From Desulfatiglandales bacterium (GTDB lineage Bacteria; Desulfobacterota; DSM-4660; Desulfatiglandales; Desulfatiglandaceae): a DNA stretch of 42,810 bases. The notes below the pieces were generated by a model that saw only the letters and a list, made by a program, of their open reading frames with translations, was not told where the DNA came from and ran no database searches. The stretch lies in assembly GCA_038252125.1 (NCBI GenBank), contig JBBSAR010000001.1, positions 1 to 42,810 on the forward strand. The letters run 5' to 3'. The position numbers and the translations under genes are program-made. Below are positions 35,431 through 42,810 of this stretch, piece by piece; position 1 is the first letter of the stretch; each line of letters starts with the position of its first letter.

Positions 35431-36555
35431 CTATTCCATACTCATACGGTCACGCCACTTAACAATCCTGTAACCGGATTCAAAACTCTTGTTTATTTCA
35501 ACCATCACATCAATTCCACTTTTTATTTTGCTGTCATTGAGTTTGCCCACGGAAGTAATCGTGAAAAAAGGACTCAAATTCAATGTGAGGTAGGGAGAAA
35601 TGGCATTATAGACTTCCGTTCCAAGAACCGCTGAAATATCGGTGAGCGATTTGAAGTCGGTTTCCTTCCTGTAGTCCATGATCGCCTGAACCAACTCTTC
35701 CGTCATGAAAGGGAGGGAAAGGAGCACGGCTCGCGGTGCGGCGTTGATGTTGATCTTATTCAATTCAGCCGTCTCTTTTCTGAATACGCCCCCGGCTCTG
35801 GACCCCAGGGGCGCCAGGCGCCCCAGGTGTATTTTTGAAGAAGCTGTCTTCGATTTTGAGACGGTTACCATGTCTTTCAGGCTTTTCAAATACAACTCGC
35901 GGGTTACACCCCTGACCAGCAGGAGTTCTTCAATGCTGTCGAAGTCGGCATCTTTGCATTCATAGGGTTCGGGTAAAGACTTGTAATAATCATCTTCAGC
36001 GCCATTCATGCGGTGGAGATTGTTTTCATCTCGCCAATCGAGAATGGAATCAACGATGATGTCTTTTTCATGTTGCTCTATATCCAGACTTCCCAGCATG
36101 GTCTTGAGCAGACTCTCTCCGGCCTTATTGATGTTCACCTTTCCGCTTTCATTACCGATCATCACTTCAAAATGACCTTCCCCTAACGCAATCGCGGGAA
36201 TCTGGCTGTTAATCCTCCATCTTGACCCGTCCGCCTCCACATCTTCCGACTCTTTTTCATTGCCCTCCGATGGTCCAAACGGGTTTCTCCGGGCATTATT
36301 GCTATCATCCACATTTGTATTGGAAGAAGTCTTTTCAGGAATGAATTCGTTCCGAACCAGTTCGCCTATGGCCCTGTTCAGGCCCCCAAGGGCGATATAA
36401 TATCCTTCGGTTTGTTCCTTGAAATTTCGGGTAACATTCACCTCTGTTCTCATGGCATAACAAAACTCTCCTACAATGACGGAGAGCAGCATTAATACCC
36501 AGAGTACCATGAAAAGAGCTATGCCCTTTTCATTCTTTAGGGGTGTTGTGGTCAT
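35431..36555 (-). CDS. gspK: T2SS minor pseudopilin GspK
   Basis: EKGIALFMVLWVLMLLSVIVGEF (GspK-type prepilin-like N-terminus lacking Glu5) and a helix-hairpin-helix segment, ININAAPRAVLLSLPFMTEELVQAIMDYR. ATG at 36555 preferred to TTG at 36591. Confidence 0.8.
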   Translation of the reverse strand: MTTTPLKNEKGIALFMVLWVLMLLSVIVGEFCYAMRTEVNVTRNFKEQTEGYYIALGGLNRAIGELVRNEFIPEKTSSNTNVDDSNNARRNPFGPSEGNEKESEDVEADGSRWRINSQIPAIALGEGHFEVMIGNESGKVNINKAGESLLKTMLGSLDIEQHEKDIIVDSILDWRDENNLHRMNGAEDDYYKSLPEPYECKDADFDSIEELLLVRGVTRELYLKSLKDMVTVSKSKTASSKIHLGRLAPLGSRAGGVFRKETAELNKININAAPRAVLLSLPFMTEELVQAIMDYRKETDFKSLTDISAVLGTEVYNAISPYLTLNLSPFFTITSVGKLNDSKIKSGIDVMVEINKSFESGYRIVKWRDRMSME

Positions 36556-36562
36556 GGCGCCT

Positions 36563-37249
36563 TTACTGCTGGGTAGCCTCAATGCGGGCAATTACGGTTA
36601 ATGGAGCAGACATTTCATCCTGTTGAACAAAGATTCTAACAGCAATCGGGTTGCCCTGGTTTTTTTCGGAATCACAGGATTCCTGCCATTCAGGGGGATC
36701 CTGATCATTTTCAGAATTTTGCAGATATTCAAATCGGATATCTTTTGCCGCCAAAATCAGGTCGAAAAATTCCGATTCTTCCGGATCTTTCATTTTCTTT
36801 TCTTTGTCGATAAACGCCAGATTTTTCTCATAAACCATGAGCTTGTATCCTTTTTTCCTGTCTGCCCGTTCAATGCGGTATTTCACATAAACCATACCGG
36901 ACATGTTGCTTGGGACAATGGGAAGATCGGAGACAAAGGACATGGATTCCGCTTTTCCGTCGAAACGAAACTGGTCTGCTTCTTTTCCTGTGATTTCAGC
37001 CGCGGAAGCGGAGGCAATCTGTGCTTTAATAAGATTGAGAACAACGCGCTCCCTTTGGTGAACGTCAACGTCCTTTTCTCCCTTTTCCCAGGCCCTCACC
37101 CCGATACGAAGAGCACCGAAAATGATCACCAGAACCAACCCGAGAATCGTGAGCGATATCATCAGTTCCAGCAGCGTAAAGCCGAAGGAAGTGGAAAGGT
37201 GTACCCCTGACGGTGAAGTCTTGGGAAATTGAGGATGTTCCGAATGCAT
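36563..37249 (-). CDS. gspJ: T2SS minor pseudopilin GspJ-like
   Basis: Prepilin motif FG/FTLLELMISLTILGLVLVIIFGAL. The ATG at 37249 has a GGAGGA RBS. The ORF-track N-terminal extension (KSRKKRKKR) is unlikely. Confidence 0.7.
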   Translation of the reverse strand: MHSEHPQFPKTSPSGVHLSTSFGFTLLELMISLTILGLVLVIIFGALRIGVRAWEKGEKDVDVHQRERVVLNLIKAQIASASAAEITGKEADQFRFDGKAESMSFVSDLPIVPSNMSGMVYVKYRIERADRKKGYKLMVYEKNLAFIDKEKKMKDPEESEFFDLILAAKDIRFEYLQNSENDQDPPEWQESCDSEKNQGNPIAVRIFVQQDEMSAPLTVIARIEATQQ

Positions 37250-37310
37250 ATTCCTCCATTCAAGCGCTCTTGTGGATTTCAGACTCCCTGTAAAAGGAAT
37301 TGAATGGGTT

Positions 37311-37748
37311 CTATTTGGGAACCTCTTTTTCCTCTTCTTTCTGCTTTTCCTGGACCTTGATGGTTTCCAGTTCAAAATGCTTCTTTTTTTCGGTGTCCCC
37401 CCACGTAACCTGCACCTTTATGGTGAAAGTATCCAAAGGAAGTTTGGATGCTTCCTCTTCCGTCTGTTCAACCCGTATCACTTCCGCTTCCCAAGCATAG
37501 GAATCATCAAAACGGCCCTCACTGATCCCCTCTGCCAGGGCTTCGGATGCAAGAATCTCTTCCATGATTTCTCTGGCATGAAAAACTCCCCTTGTATAAT
37601 CGTCCGACAACTTGCCTGACCTCAGGCCGCCCGAGAACAGCTGAAGAATGACCGTGAGGCAGATGGCCATGATCGATATGGCCACGAGAATTTCCAGGAG
37701 AGTGAATCCGCCATCAGCCTGAAAGAATGTCAGCGCCTGCCTTCTCAT
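37311..37748 (-). CDS. gspI: T2SS minor pseudopilin GspI-like
   Basis: ADGG/FTLLEILVAISIMAICLTVILQLF prepilin motif. About 145 aa, the typical GspI size. Confidence 0.75.
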   Translation of the reverse strand: MRRQALTFFQADGGFTLLEILVAISIMAICLTVILQLFSGGLRSGKLSDDYTRGVFHAREIMEEILASEALAEGISEGRFDDSYAWEAEVIRVEQTEEEASKLPLDTFTIKVQVTWGDTEKKKHFELETIKVQEKQKEEEKEVPK

Positions 37749-37750
37749 GG

Positions 37751-38296
37751 CTATCTCGTTTCACCTTCAATCAGACCCACCGTTCCCAGAATGAAATCCA
37801 CCTTGATGGAATAGCGCCGTTCCCTGTCATTTATGAGGGTGATTTCTCCATCGCTGCTTCCACCTGCCGGAAAAAAGGAAATCTTAAAAATACCGGAACG
37901 GGATTCAGCCTTTTCCGACACCGCCTTTTCGATCTGAATCGTCCGGGGTAAGTTATAGATCTTTGCGCCGTCCGGGCCTTTGTTTTCCTCTGTTGACACA
38001 TCTTCCATCAGGTCGTTCGGCTGGGGTTTGACTGGATAAATGCGAACCTGATTTTCGCTGAAATCAAATTCCGCTACGTAGGTCGCCCCTTCCCATGTTG
38101 CCTGGCTTCTTGCATAGCGCAAAGATGCGGCAATTCTTTTTGCCGCTGTCTTCAATTCCATATTGCTCATGGAACTTCCGATCCTTGGACCCACAAAGGC
38201 CGAAACGACACTGATAATCAGTAGGACAATCAGCAGTTCAAAAAGGGTGAAGGCCCGATTATTCCGCCACTTCTTTCCAGTTATAGATATCAACAT
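37751..38296 (-). CDS. gspH: T2SS minor pseudopilin GspH-like
   Basis: NNRA/FTLFELLIVLLIISVVSAFVGPRIG and ELKTAAKRIAASLRYARSQA (GspH-like helix). The start is uncertain (38296, 38323 or 38353), and all candidates overlap the gspG 3' end. Confidence 0.65.
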   Translation of the reverse strand: MLISITGKKWRNNRAFTLFELLIVLLIISVVSAFVGPRIGSSMSNMELKTAAKRIAASLRYARSQATWEGATYVAEFDFSENQVRIYPVKPQPNDLMEDVSTEENKGPDGAKIYNLPRTIQIEKAVSEKAESRSGIFKISFFPAGGSSDGEITLINDRERRYSIKVDFILGTVGLIEGETR

Positions 38297-38687
38297 CTTC
38301 CCCTTCTCCCCCGGAAGTTCCATCTCCTCCATAGGAGATGATTTCATAATCACCGTTCTCCGATGGGCTCCGGTATTCGTAGGGGTGACCCCAGGGGTCT
38401 AATGGAATCTCTTTGGGCAGATAAGGTCCATCCCATCTTTCCGCTCCGTCCGGCTGTACCCTGAGCGCGTTCAGACCCTGATCCGTTGTGGGATATTTCC
38501 CCACATCGAGCCTGTAGGTATCCAGAGCGGTTTCAAACAATGCCATCTGTGCCTTCGCAGCCTTCTGTTTGGATTTTCCAACTTTTCCGAACATACGGGG
38601 GCCCACAAGGGCAGCCAACAAACCCAGGATAACCATTACGATCAATAATTCAATCAAAGTAAAACCGCGTTGTTTCCTTCTTTTCAT
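38259..38687 (-). CDS. gspG: T2SS major pseudopilin GspG
   Basis: KQRG/FTLIELLIVMVILGLLAALVGPRMFGKVGKSKQKAAKAQM..., YRLDVGKYPTT.QGL.AL and DPWGHPYEYRSP are the canonical GspG signature. The ATG at 38687 has AGGAG 5 nt upstream. Confidence 0.95.
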   Translation of the reverse strand: MKRRKQRGFTLIELLIVMVILGLLAALVGPRMFGKVGKSKQKAAKAQMALFETALDTYRLDVGKYPTTDQGLNALRVQPDGAERWDGPYLPKEIPLDPWGHPYEYRSPSENGDYEIISYGGDGTSGGEGEDVDIYNWKEVAE

Positions 38688-38710
38688 ATCCACTCCTTAA
38701 TCGAGTAAAA

Positions 38711-39940
38711 TTAAAATGGCATGTCATTCATGCTGAATATGGCCATGAGCATGGACAACACTACAAATCCGACTACCAGTCCCATGGCCAGGATCATCGC
38801 CGGTTCCAGAAAACTGATATATCTCTTGACCGTATTCCGTACCATTTTTTCATAGTTTTCAGCGACCCGCAAGAGCATGTCGTCCAGTCTTCCTGTTTCT
38901 TCCCCAACCGTTATCATCTGAATGGCCAGGGAAGGAAATACCCCGCTTTCGCCCAGTGGTTTCGAGAGTCTCTCTCCTTCTTTCACCCTTTCATGGACCT
39001 TTTCCATTGAACGGGTGATAATTTGATTGGTCATGATGTCTTTCACGAGATCGAGGGCCTGCAAAATAGGCACCCCGCTTTTTGTCAAGGTCCCGAGCGT
39101 TCTGGCAAAACGGCCTACTTCAATTTTCCTGACCAGATCTCCCACGGCCGGAAGCGTGAGTTTATAGTGATCGAGAACCAGACGTCCCGCCTGGGATTTG
39201 AAGTATTTTCTGATAAAGTAAAAAAGAGCGGCCAACACGCCGAGGATGACCCACCAGTAATGACTCAACACCCCACTCAACCCCAGAAGAATTCTCGTTG
39301 TTAACGGTATGGCCTGCCCCATGTCTGAAAAAATCATGGAGAACTTCGGAATGACAAATGTCATGAGGATAATGATGGAGGCGCCTCCTACACAAACCAG
39401 AAAAAGAGGATAAACCATGGCGGATTTGATATAATCCTTCAATTCCTCCGAAGTTTCCAGAAATTCCCCCAGTCTTGCCAATACCGATTCCAAGACCCCA
39501 CCCGCCTCGCCGGCCCTGACCATATTCACGTAAAAGGAGGAGAAGACTTTCGGGTGTTTTGACATGGCATCTGAAAGGTATCCTCCACCCTGAATGCCTT
39601 TGAGAATGCCTTTAAGTATTTCGGCGAACTTCTCATTTTCGGCTGCGTCGATCAAAATGGCCAATGCCCTGTCCACGGGCAGGCCGGCCTCCAGCAGAGA
39701 AGGAAGGTCCTGGGTGAAGATCATCAGGTCCCTGGATGAAACCCCTTTAAAAAGAGAAAGGACCTGACCTGAGACATTGATATTGAGATGTCCGCTTGCA
39801 CCTTTGGACGGGGAAATCCGTATGGGCATCAGACCCATATTGTGAAGTTCCTTGACAACCTCCTTTTCTTCCGCCGCCTCAAGAACGCCTTCGACTACCT
39901 TTCCCGAATCGTCCGCGGCCTTATATGAGTATTTGGGCAT
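38711..39940 (-). CDS. gspF: T2SS inner-membrane platform protein GspF
   Basis: Two repeats of the GspF/PilC cytoplasmic domain plus TM pattern (LPSLLEAGLPVDRAL...; LGTLTKSGVPILQAL...), 409 aa. Confidence 0.95.
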   Translation of the reverse strand: MPKYSYKAADDSGKVVEGVLEAAEEKEVVKELHNMGLMPIRISPSKGASGHLNINVSGQVLSLFKGVSSRDLMIFTQDLPSLLEAGLPVDRALAILIDAAENEKFAEILKGILKGIQGGGYLSDAMSKHPKVFSSFYVNMVRAGEAGGVLESVLARLGEFLETSEELKDYIKSAMVYPLFLVCVGGASIIILMTFVIPKFSMIFSDMGQAIPLTTRILLGLSGVLSHYWWVILGVLAALFYFIRKYFKSQAGRLVLDHYKLTLPAVGDLVRKIEVGRFARTLGTLTKSGVPILQALDLVKDIMTNQIITRSMEKVHERVKEGERLSKPLGESGVFPSLAIQMITVGEETGRLDDMLLRVAENYEKMVRNTVKRYISFLEPAMILAMGLVVGFVVLSMLMAIFSMNDMPF

Positions 39941-39941
39941 T

Positions 39942-41459
39942 CTATCTCTCTAAGGTTACCTTCAACACCTCGGAGATGGTTGTCATTCCCTTTCTAACTT
40001 TTCGCCAACCATCATCCCGTAAAGTGATCATTCCCTTTTTTAAAGCCACATCCTTGATTGCTTCCGTTGGAGAATTTTTTGATATTTCCCGGCGAATATC
40101 GTCATCAGCAGCCAGATATTCAAAGATGGCCGTTCTGCCCTTGAAACCGGTATACCTGCATTCCTCGCACCCTTTGCCCGCATAAAATGTAATATCCTTT
40201 TCCTCCCCCGGGGGAACATTCATCGATTGAAGCAATTTTTTGTCCGGTTTGATTTCCTCCTTGCATTTGGAGCAGATTACTCTAACGAGCCTTTGGGCCA
40301 ATACACCCAATAGCGTGGAGCTCAAGAGGAAACTCTCCACTCCCATATCAAGAAGTCTGGTCACGGCGCCGGCTGCATCGTTGGTATGGAGGGTGCTGAA
40401 AAGCAGGTGGCCGGTCAGGGCTGACTGGATGGCAATTTCGGCCGTTTCCCTGTCCCTGATCTCTCCGACCAGAATGATGTCGGGGTCCTGGCGAACAATG
40501 GAACGCAGCCCTTTGGCAAAAGTCATGCCTATTTTTTGGTTCACCTGGATCTGGTTTACACCATCCAATTGGTATTCGACCGGTTCTTCCAGGGTAATGA
40601 TTTTGTTTTCAGGGGAGTTGATCTTGGCAAGGGTGGTATAGAGGGTGGAGGTTTTGCCGCTTCCCGTGGGTCCGGTTACCAGTATCATTCCATAAGGCTG
40701 TCTTACCAGTCCCATGTATTTTTCCAGAAGACCGCTCGGGAAACCTATCTTTTCAAGGTCAAGAATCAGGGAGCCTCTGTCCAGTATCCTCATGACAAGA
40801 CTTTCTCCATAAAGCGTGGGGATAGTGGAAACCCTGAAGTCGATTTCCTTGTCTGCAATTTTAAGTTTGATCCTTCCATCCTGGGGAAGACGTCTCTCCG
40901 CTATATCCAGTTTTGCCATGATTTTCACCCTGGATATGATAGCGGCCTGTAAACGTTTCGGAGGCGAATCCACATCATGCAGAACACCATCGATTCGATA
41001 TCTCGCTTTAAAAACATTTTCAAACGGTTCAAAATGAATGTCGCTGGCTTTTTGTTCCACTGCGTTGAGTATTAAGCGGTTCACCAGCCGGATGATGGGC
41101 GCCTCGGAGGCCAGGTCTCTCAAATGATCCGCATCTTCAACCCCTTCCGAGGACAGGTCATAAATATCCTTGTCCGCTTCTTCGATAATGGTTTCAAGGG
41201 ACTGACTCCCTGCACCGTGGAGCCGTTCAATGGAATCAAGGATGTCCGATTCCTTTCCTAAATTCACCTGCACCTTCAGGCCATAGGCCATTTCCAAAGA
41301 TTCCACAGTATAGAAGTCACCGGGATCGGCCATGGCCACGCGAAGATAGTCTTTGCCCAGTTCCAAAGGAACAAATAGGGATTCCCGCATCATTTTGTCA
41401 GACAGATTGTTCAGAACAATCGGTTCTTTGGGATAGTCGCTGAAAGGTATCGGCGTCAT
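39942..41459 (-). CDS. gspE: T2SS assembly ATPase GspE
   Basis: N-terminal T2SSE_N region, Walker A GPTGSGKTSTLY, Asp/His boxes (ITLEEPVEY, RQDPDIILVGEIRD, TGHLLFSTLHTNDA) and a tetracysteine CSKC...CEEC. Confidence 0.95.
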   Translation of the reverse strand: MTPIPFSDYPKEPIVLNNLSDKMMRESLFVPLELGKDYLRVAMADPGDFYTVESLEMAYGLKVQVNLGKESDILDSIERLHGAGSQSLETIIEEADKDIYDLSSEGVEDADHLRDLASEAPIIRLVNRLILNAVEQKASDIHFEPFENVFKARYRIDGVLHDVDSPPKRLQAAIISRVKIMAKLDIAERRLPQDGRIKLKIADKEIDFRVSTIPTLYGESLVMRILDRGSLILDLEKIGFPSGLLEKYMGLVRQPYGMILVTGPTGSGKTSTLYTTLAKINSPENKIITLEEPVEYQLDGVNQIQVNQKIGMTFAKGLRSIVRQDPDIILVGEIRDRETAEIAIQSALTGHLLFSTLHTNDAAGAVTRLLDMGVESFLLSSTLLGVLAQRLVRVICSKCKEEIKPDKKLLQSMNVPPGEEKDITFYAGKGCEECRYTGFKGRTAIFEYLAADDDIRREISKNSPTEAIKDVALKKGMITLRDDGWRKVRKGMTTISEVLKVTLER

Positions 41460-41490
41460 CTTGTTTTTCCGGGTTCAAGAAAAATGGCCC

Positions 41491-42450
41491 TTACTCCTTA
41501 AAATAATCAATCACACTCTGAATGATCGCCTTCAGGTCATGTAGCGGTTCGAAACCTATGGCCTTTTTTATTTTACTAATATCGGGGCATCGCCTTTCCA
41601 TGTCTTCAAAACCAGGGCCGTATGCTTTTTCATAAGGGATGTGTTCTATTTCCGAGGAACTGCCGGCCATTTCTTTTACCATCTGAGCCAGATCATTGAT
41701 GGTTACCTCCTGGTTATTGCCCACATTGAAGACGTCCCCTTCGCAGGAAGGCTCGGCCATCAACCTGGTGACCGCCTCTACCACGTCCTTGACATGGGTG
41801 AAGCTCCTGCTCTGGTTTCCATCGCCGAAAACGGTAATCGATTTTCCCAGGAGTGCACTCTGTACGAAATTGGGGAGCACCATGCCGTATTGACCGGTTT
41901 GCCTCGGCCCCACTGTATTAAATAGTCTGCCGATAAGTATCGGTAATTTCTTTTCGTCAAAATAGGCGAGGCTCAGAAACTCATCCAGGGTTTTCGAACA
42001 CGCATAAGCCCAGCGTCGCTTTTTGACGGAACCCATTACGCGATTATTATCCTCTGACAGTTCGTGCTCCATATGTTTTCCGTAAATCTCCGAGGTGGAG
42101 GCAATAAAGACCTTCTTTTTGAATCGATTGGCCAGACGAAGAACAACCTCTGTTCCCTTTACATTAATGTCCAAGGTTTCCACGGGATGATCCATGATAT
42201 TTCGGACACCAACGGCGGCGGCGAGATGATAGATCTGGTCCGCCTTGAATATAAGCTCATTCATGACGGATTCATTCAAAATAGTGTCCACGACCAGATG
42301 CAGCTTTTTATGGTTCTGAATCTTTACCAGGTTTGCGAGCTTTCCCGTCCAGAGATTATCGATCACAAACACTTCATGATTGTCTTCCAATAGTTTCTCA
42401 GCGAGATGCGAACCGATAAAACCAGCGCCGCCGGTAATTAACACCTTCAT
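41491..42450 (-). CDS. NAD-dependent sugar-nucleotide epimerase/dehydratase (extended SDR; UDP-glucuronate decarboxylase/4-epimerase-like)
   Basis: MKVLITGGAGFIGSHL (GxxGxxG), STSEIYG and YACSK (YxxxK). There is a strong GGAGGAAAAT RBS before the ATG at 42450. The ORF-track extension to 42528 is unlikely. Confidence 0.9.
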   Translation of the reverse strand: MKVLITGGAGFIGSHLAEKLLEDNHEVFVIDNLWTGKLANLVKIQNHKKLHLVVDTILNESVMNELIFKADQIYHLAAAVGVRNIMDHPVETLDINVKGTEVVLRLANRFKKKVFIASTSEIYGKHMEHELSEDNNRVMGSVKKRRWAYACSKTLDEFLSLAYFDEKKLPILIGRLFNTVGPRQTGQYGMVLPNFVQSALLGKSITVFGDGNQSRSFTHVKDVVEAVTRLMAEPSCEGDVFNVGNNQEVTINDLAQMVKEMAGSSSEIEHIPYEKAYGPGFEDMERRCPDISKIKKAIGFEPLHDLKAIIQSVIDYFKE

Positions 42451-42515
42451 ATTTTCCTCCAAGGAGTTGTGGTCTGAAAACAGACCCGCACAAGTAAATT
42501 CAATCCCGAATAAGC

Positions 42516-42533
42516 ATGCAAAAAACATACCCT
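42516..42533 (-). promoter_or_regulatory. weak candidate sigma54 (-24/-12) promoter upstream of the epimerase/T2SS string
   Basis: The minus strand reads aGGGTATgttttTTGCATg. GG and GC have the correct 10-nt separation and the -12 TTGCAT is perfect, but 3 of 6 positions of the -24 hexamer deviate from TGGCAC. An alternative sigma70 reading (TTGCAT-17 nt-TTTACT) fits the same DNA. Confidence 0.25.
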
Positions 42534-42678
42534 AAATGCAAGGATATTTTTACCCAACCAGAAGCTCCGCACCTTCGGTTACAGAATTCCAAAGCGGCCT
42601 TTTTTATTCGGGTAGATGCCGTCATGCTATTATCACTTTGCAACCCATTAAAAACGCTTGATAAACCGTAAAGACTTT

Positions 42679-42810
42679 TCATTGTGCCTGTACTTTTTCC
42701 AAGGCCCAGTCCTCGATTTCAACTTCTAAAGAGCGTTGCAGGAGCTCAAGGCTAACCACTACTTTGTCTTTGGCCTTGTGCCGAAGATAGACCCCTATTA
42801 GTCCTTTCAG
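42679..42810 (-). CDS. C-terminal 43 codons of a hypothetical protein (partial at window edge)
   Basis: My translation of the open frame running off the window: ...LKGLIGVYLRHKAKDKVVVSLELLQRSLEVEIEDWALEKVQAQ*. The TGA at 42679-42681 overlaps the ATG of the 42500..42682 ORF (ATGA). No family recognised. Confidence 0.3.
   Translation of the reverse strand: MKGLIGVYLRHKAKDKVVVSLELLQRSLEVEIEDWALEKVQAQ

Overview
This 42.8 kb window looks like a chromosomal segment from a Gram-negative anaerobe. A Desulfobacterota/Syntrophia-like origin is only an inference, from the groEL flavour, the sigma54 regulator and a 'WIPAFAGMT'-type repeat. I found no rRNA, tRNA, CRISPR array, transposase or integrase by eye. 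The window has five blocks. (1) 1-2.0 kb holds small genes (an ABM-fold monooxygenase-like protein, a membrane-anchored hypothetical), a palindrome, a REP/MITE-like remnant and an untracked 41-aa lysine-rich micro-ORF. (2) 2.0-12.0 kb is a plus-strand glycoside metabolism cluster: three GT4 glycosyltransferases (one fused to a six-hairpin domain), two GH130 phosphorylase-like genes and a six-hairpin glycosidase. It also carries a PIG-L deacetylase and a two-SIS-domain protein split by an in-frame TAG. Its central part (about 6.4-10.4 kb) is visibly AT-rich. (3) 12.0-14.0 kb is groES-groEL. (4) 14.1-21.6 kb starts with an oppositely oriented, lower-GC stand-alone RelA/SpoT-synthetase-fold gene that has an unknown C-terminal domain, next to a decayed Phd/YefM antitoxin. 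It continues with split pqiA, pqiB, an ADP-forming acyl-CoA synthetase alpha-like protein, a PhnP-like MBL hydrolase and a secreted MORN-repeat protein. (5) 21.8-42.5 kb is an unbroken minus-strand string of 19 genes. In transcription order these are an SDR sugar epimerase/dehydratase, a type II secretion system (gspEFGHIJKLM, a PilP/GspC-like gene, a lipobox-bearing secretin) and a binding-protein/HAMP-kinase/sigma54-regulator triad. They are followed by a TonB-dependent receptor and GT2-DUF2304-GT4. The best candidates for something new are the RelA/SpoT protein (a possible fused toxSAS/CapRel-like module), the GT4/GH130/PIG-L/SIS glycoside locus, and the T2SS-regulator-receptor-glycosyltransferase supercluster. 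All family calls rest on motif recognition by eye; no searches were run.
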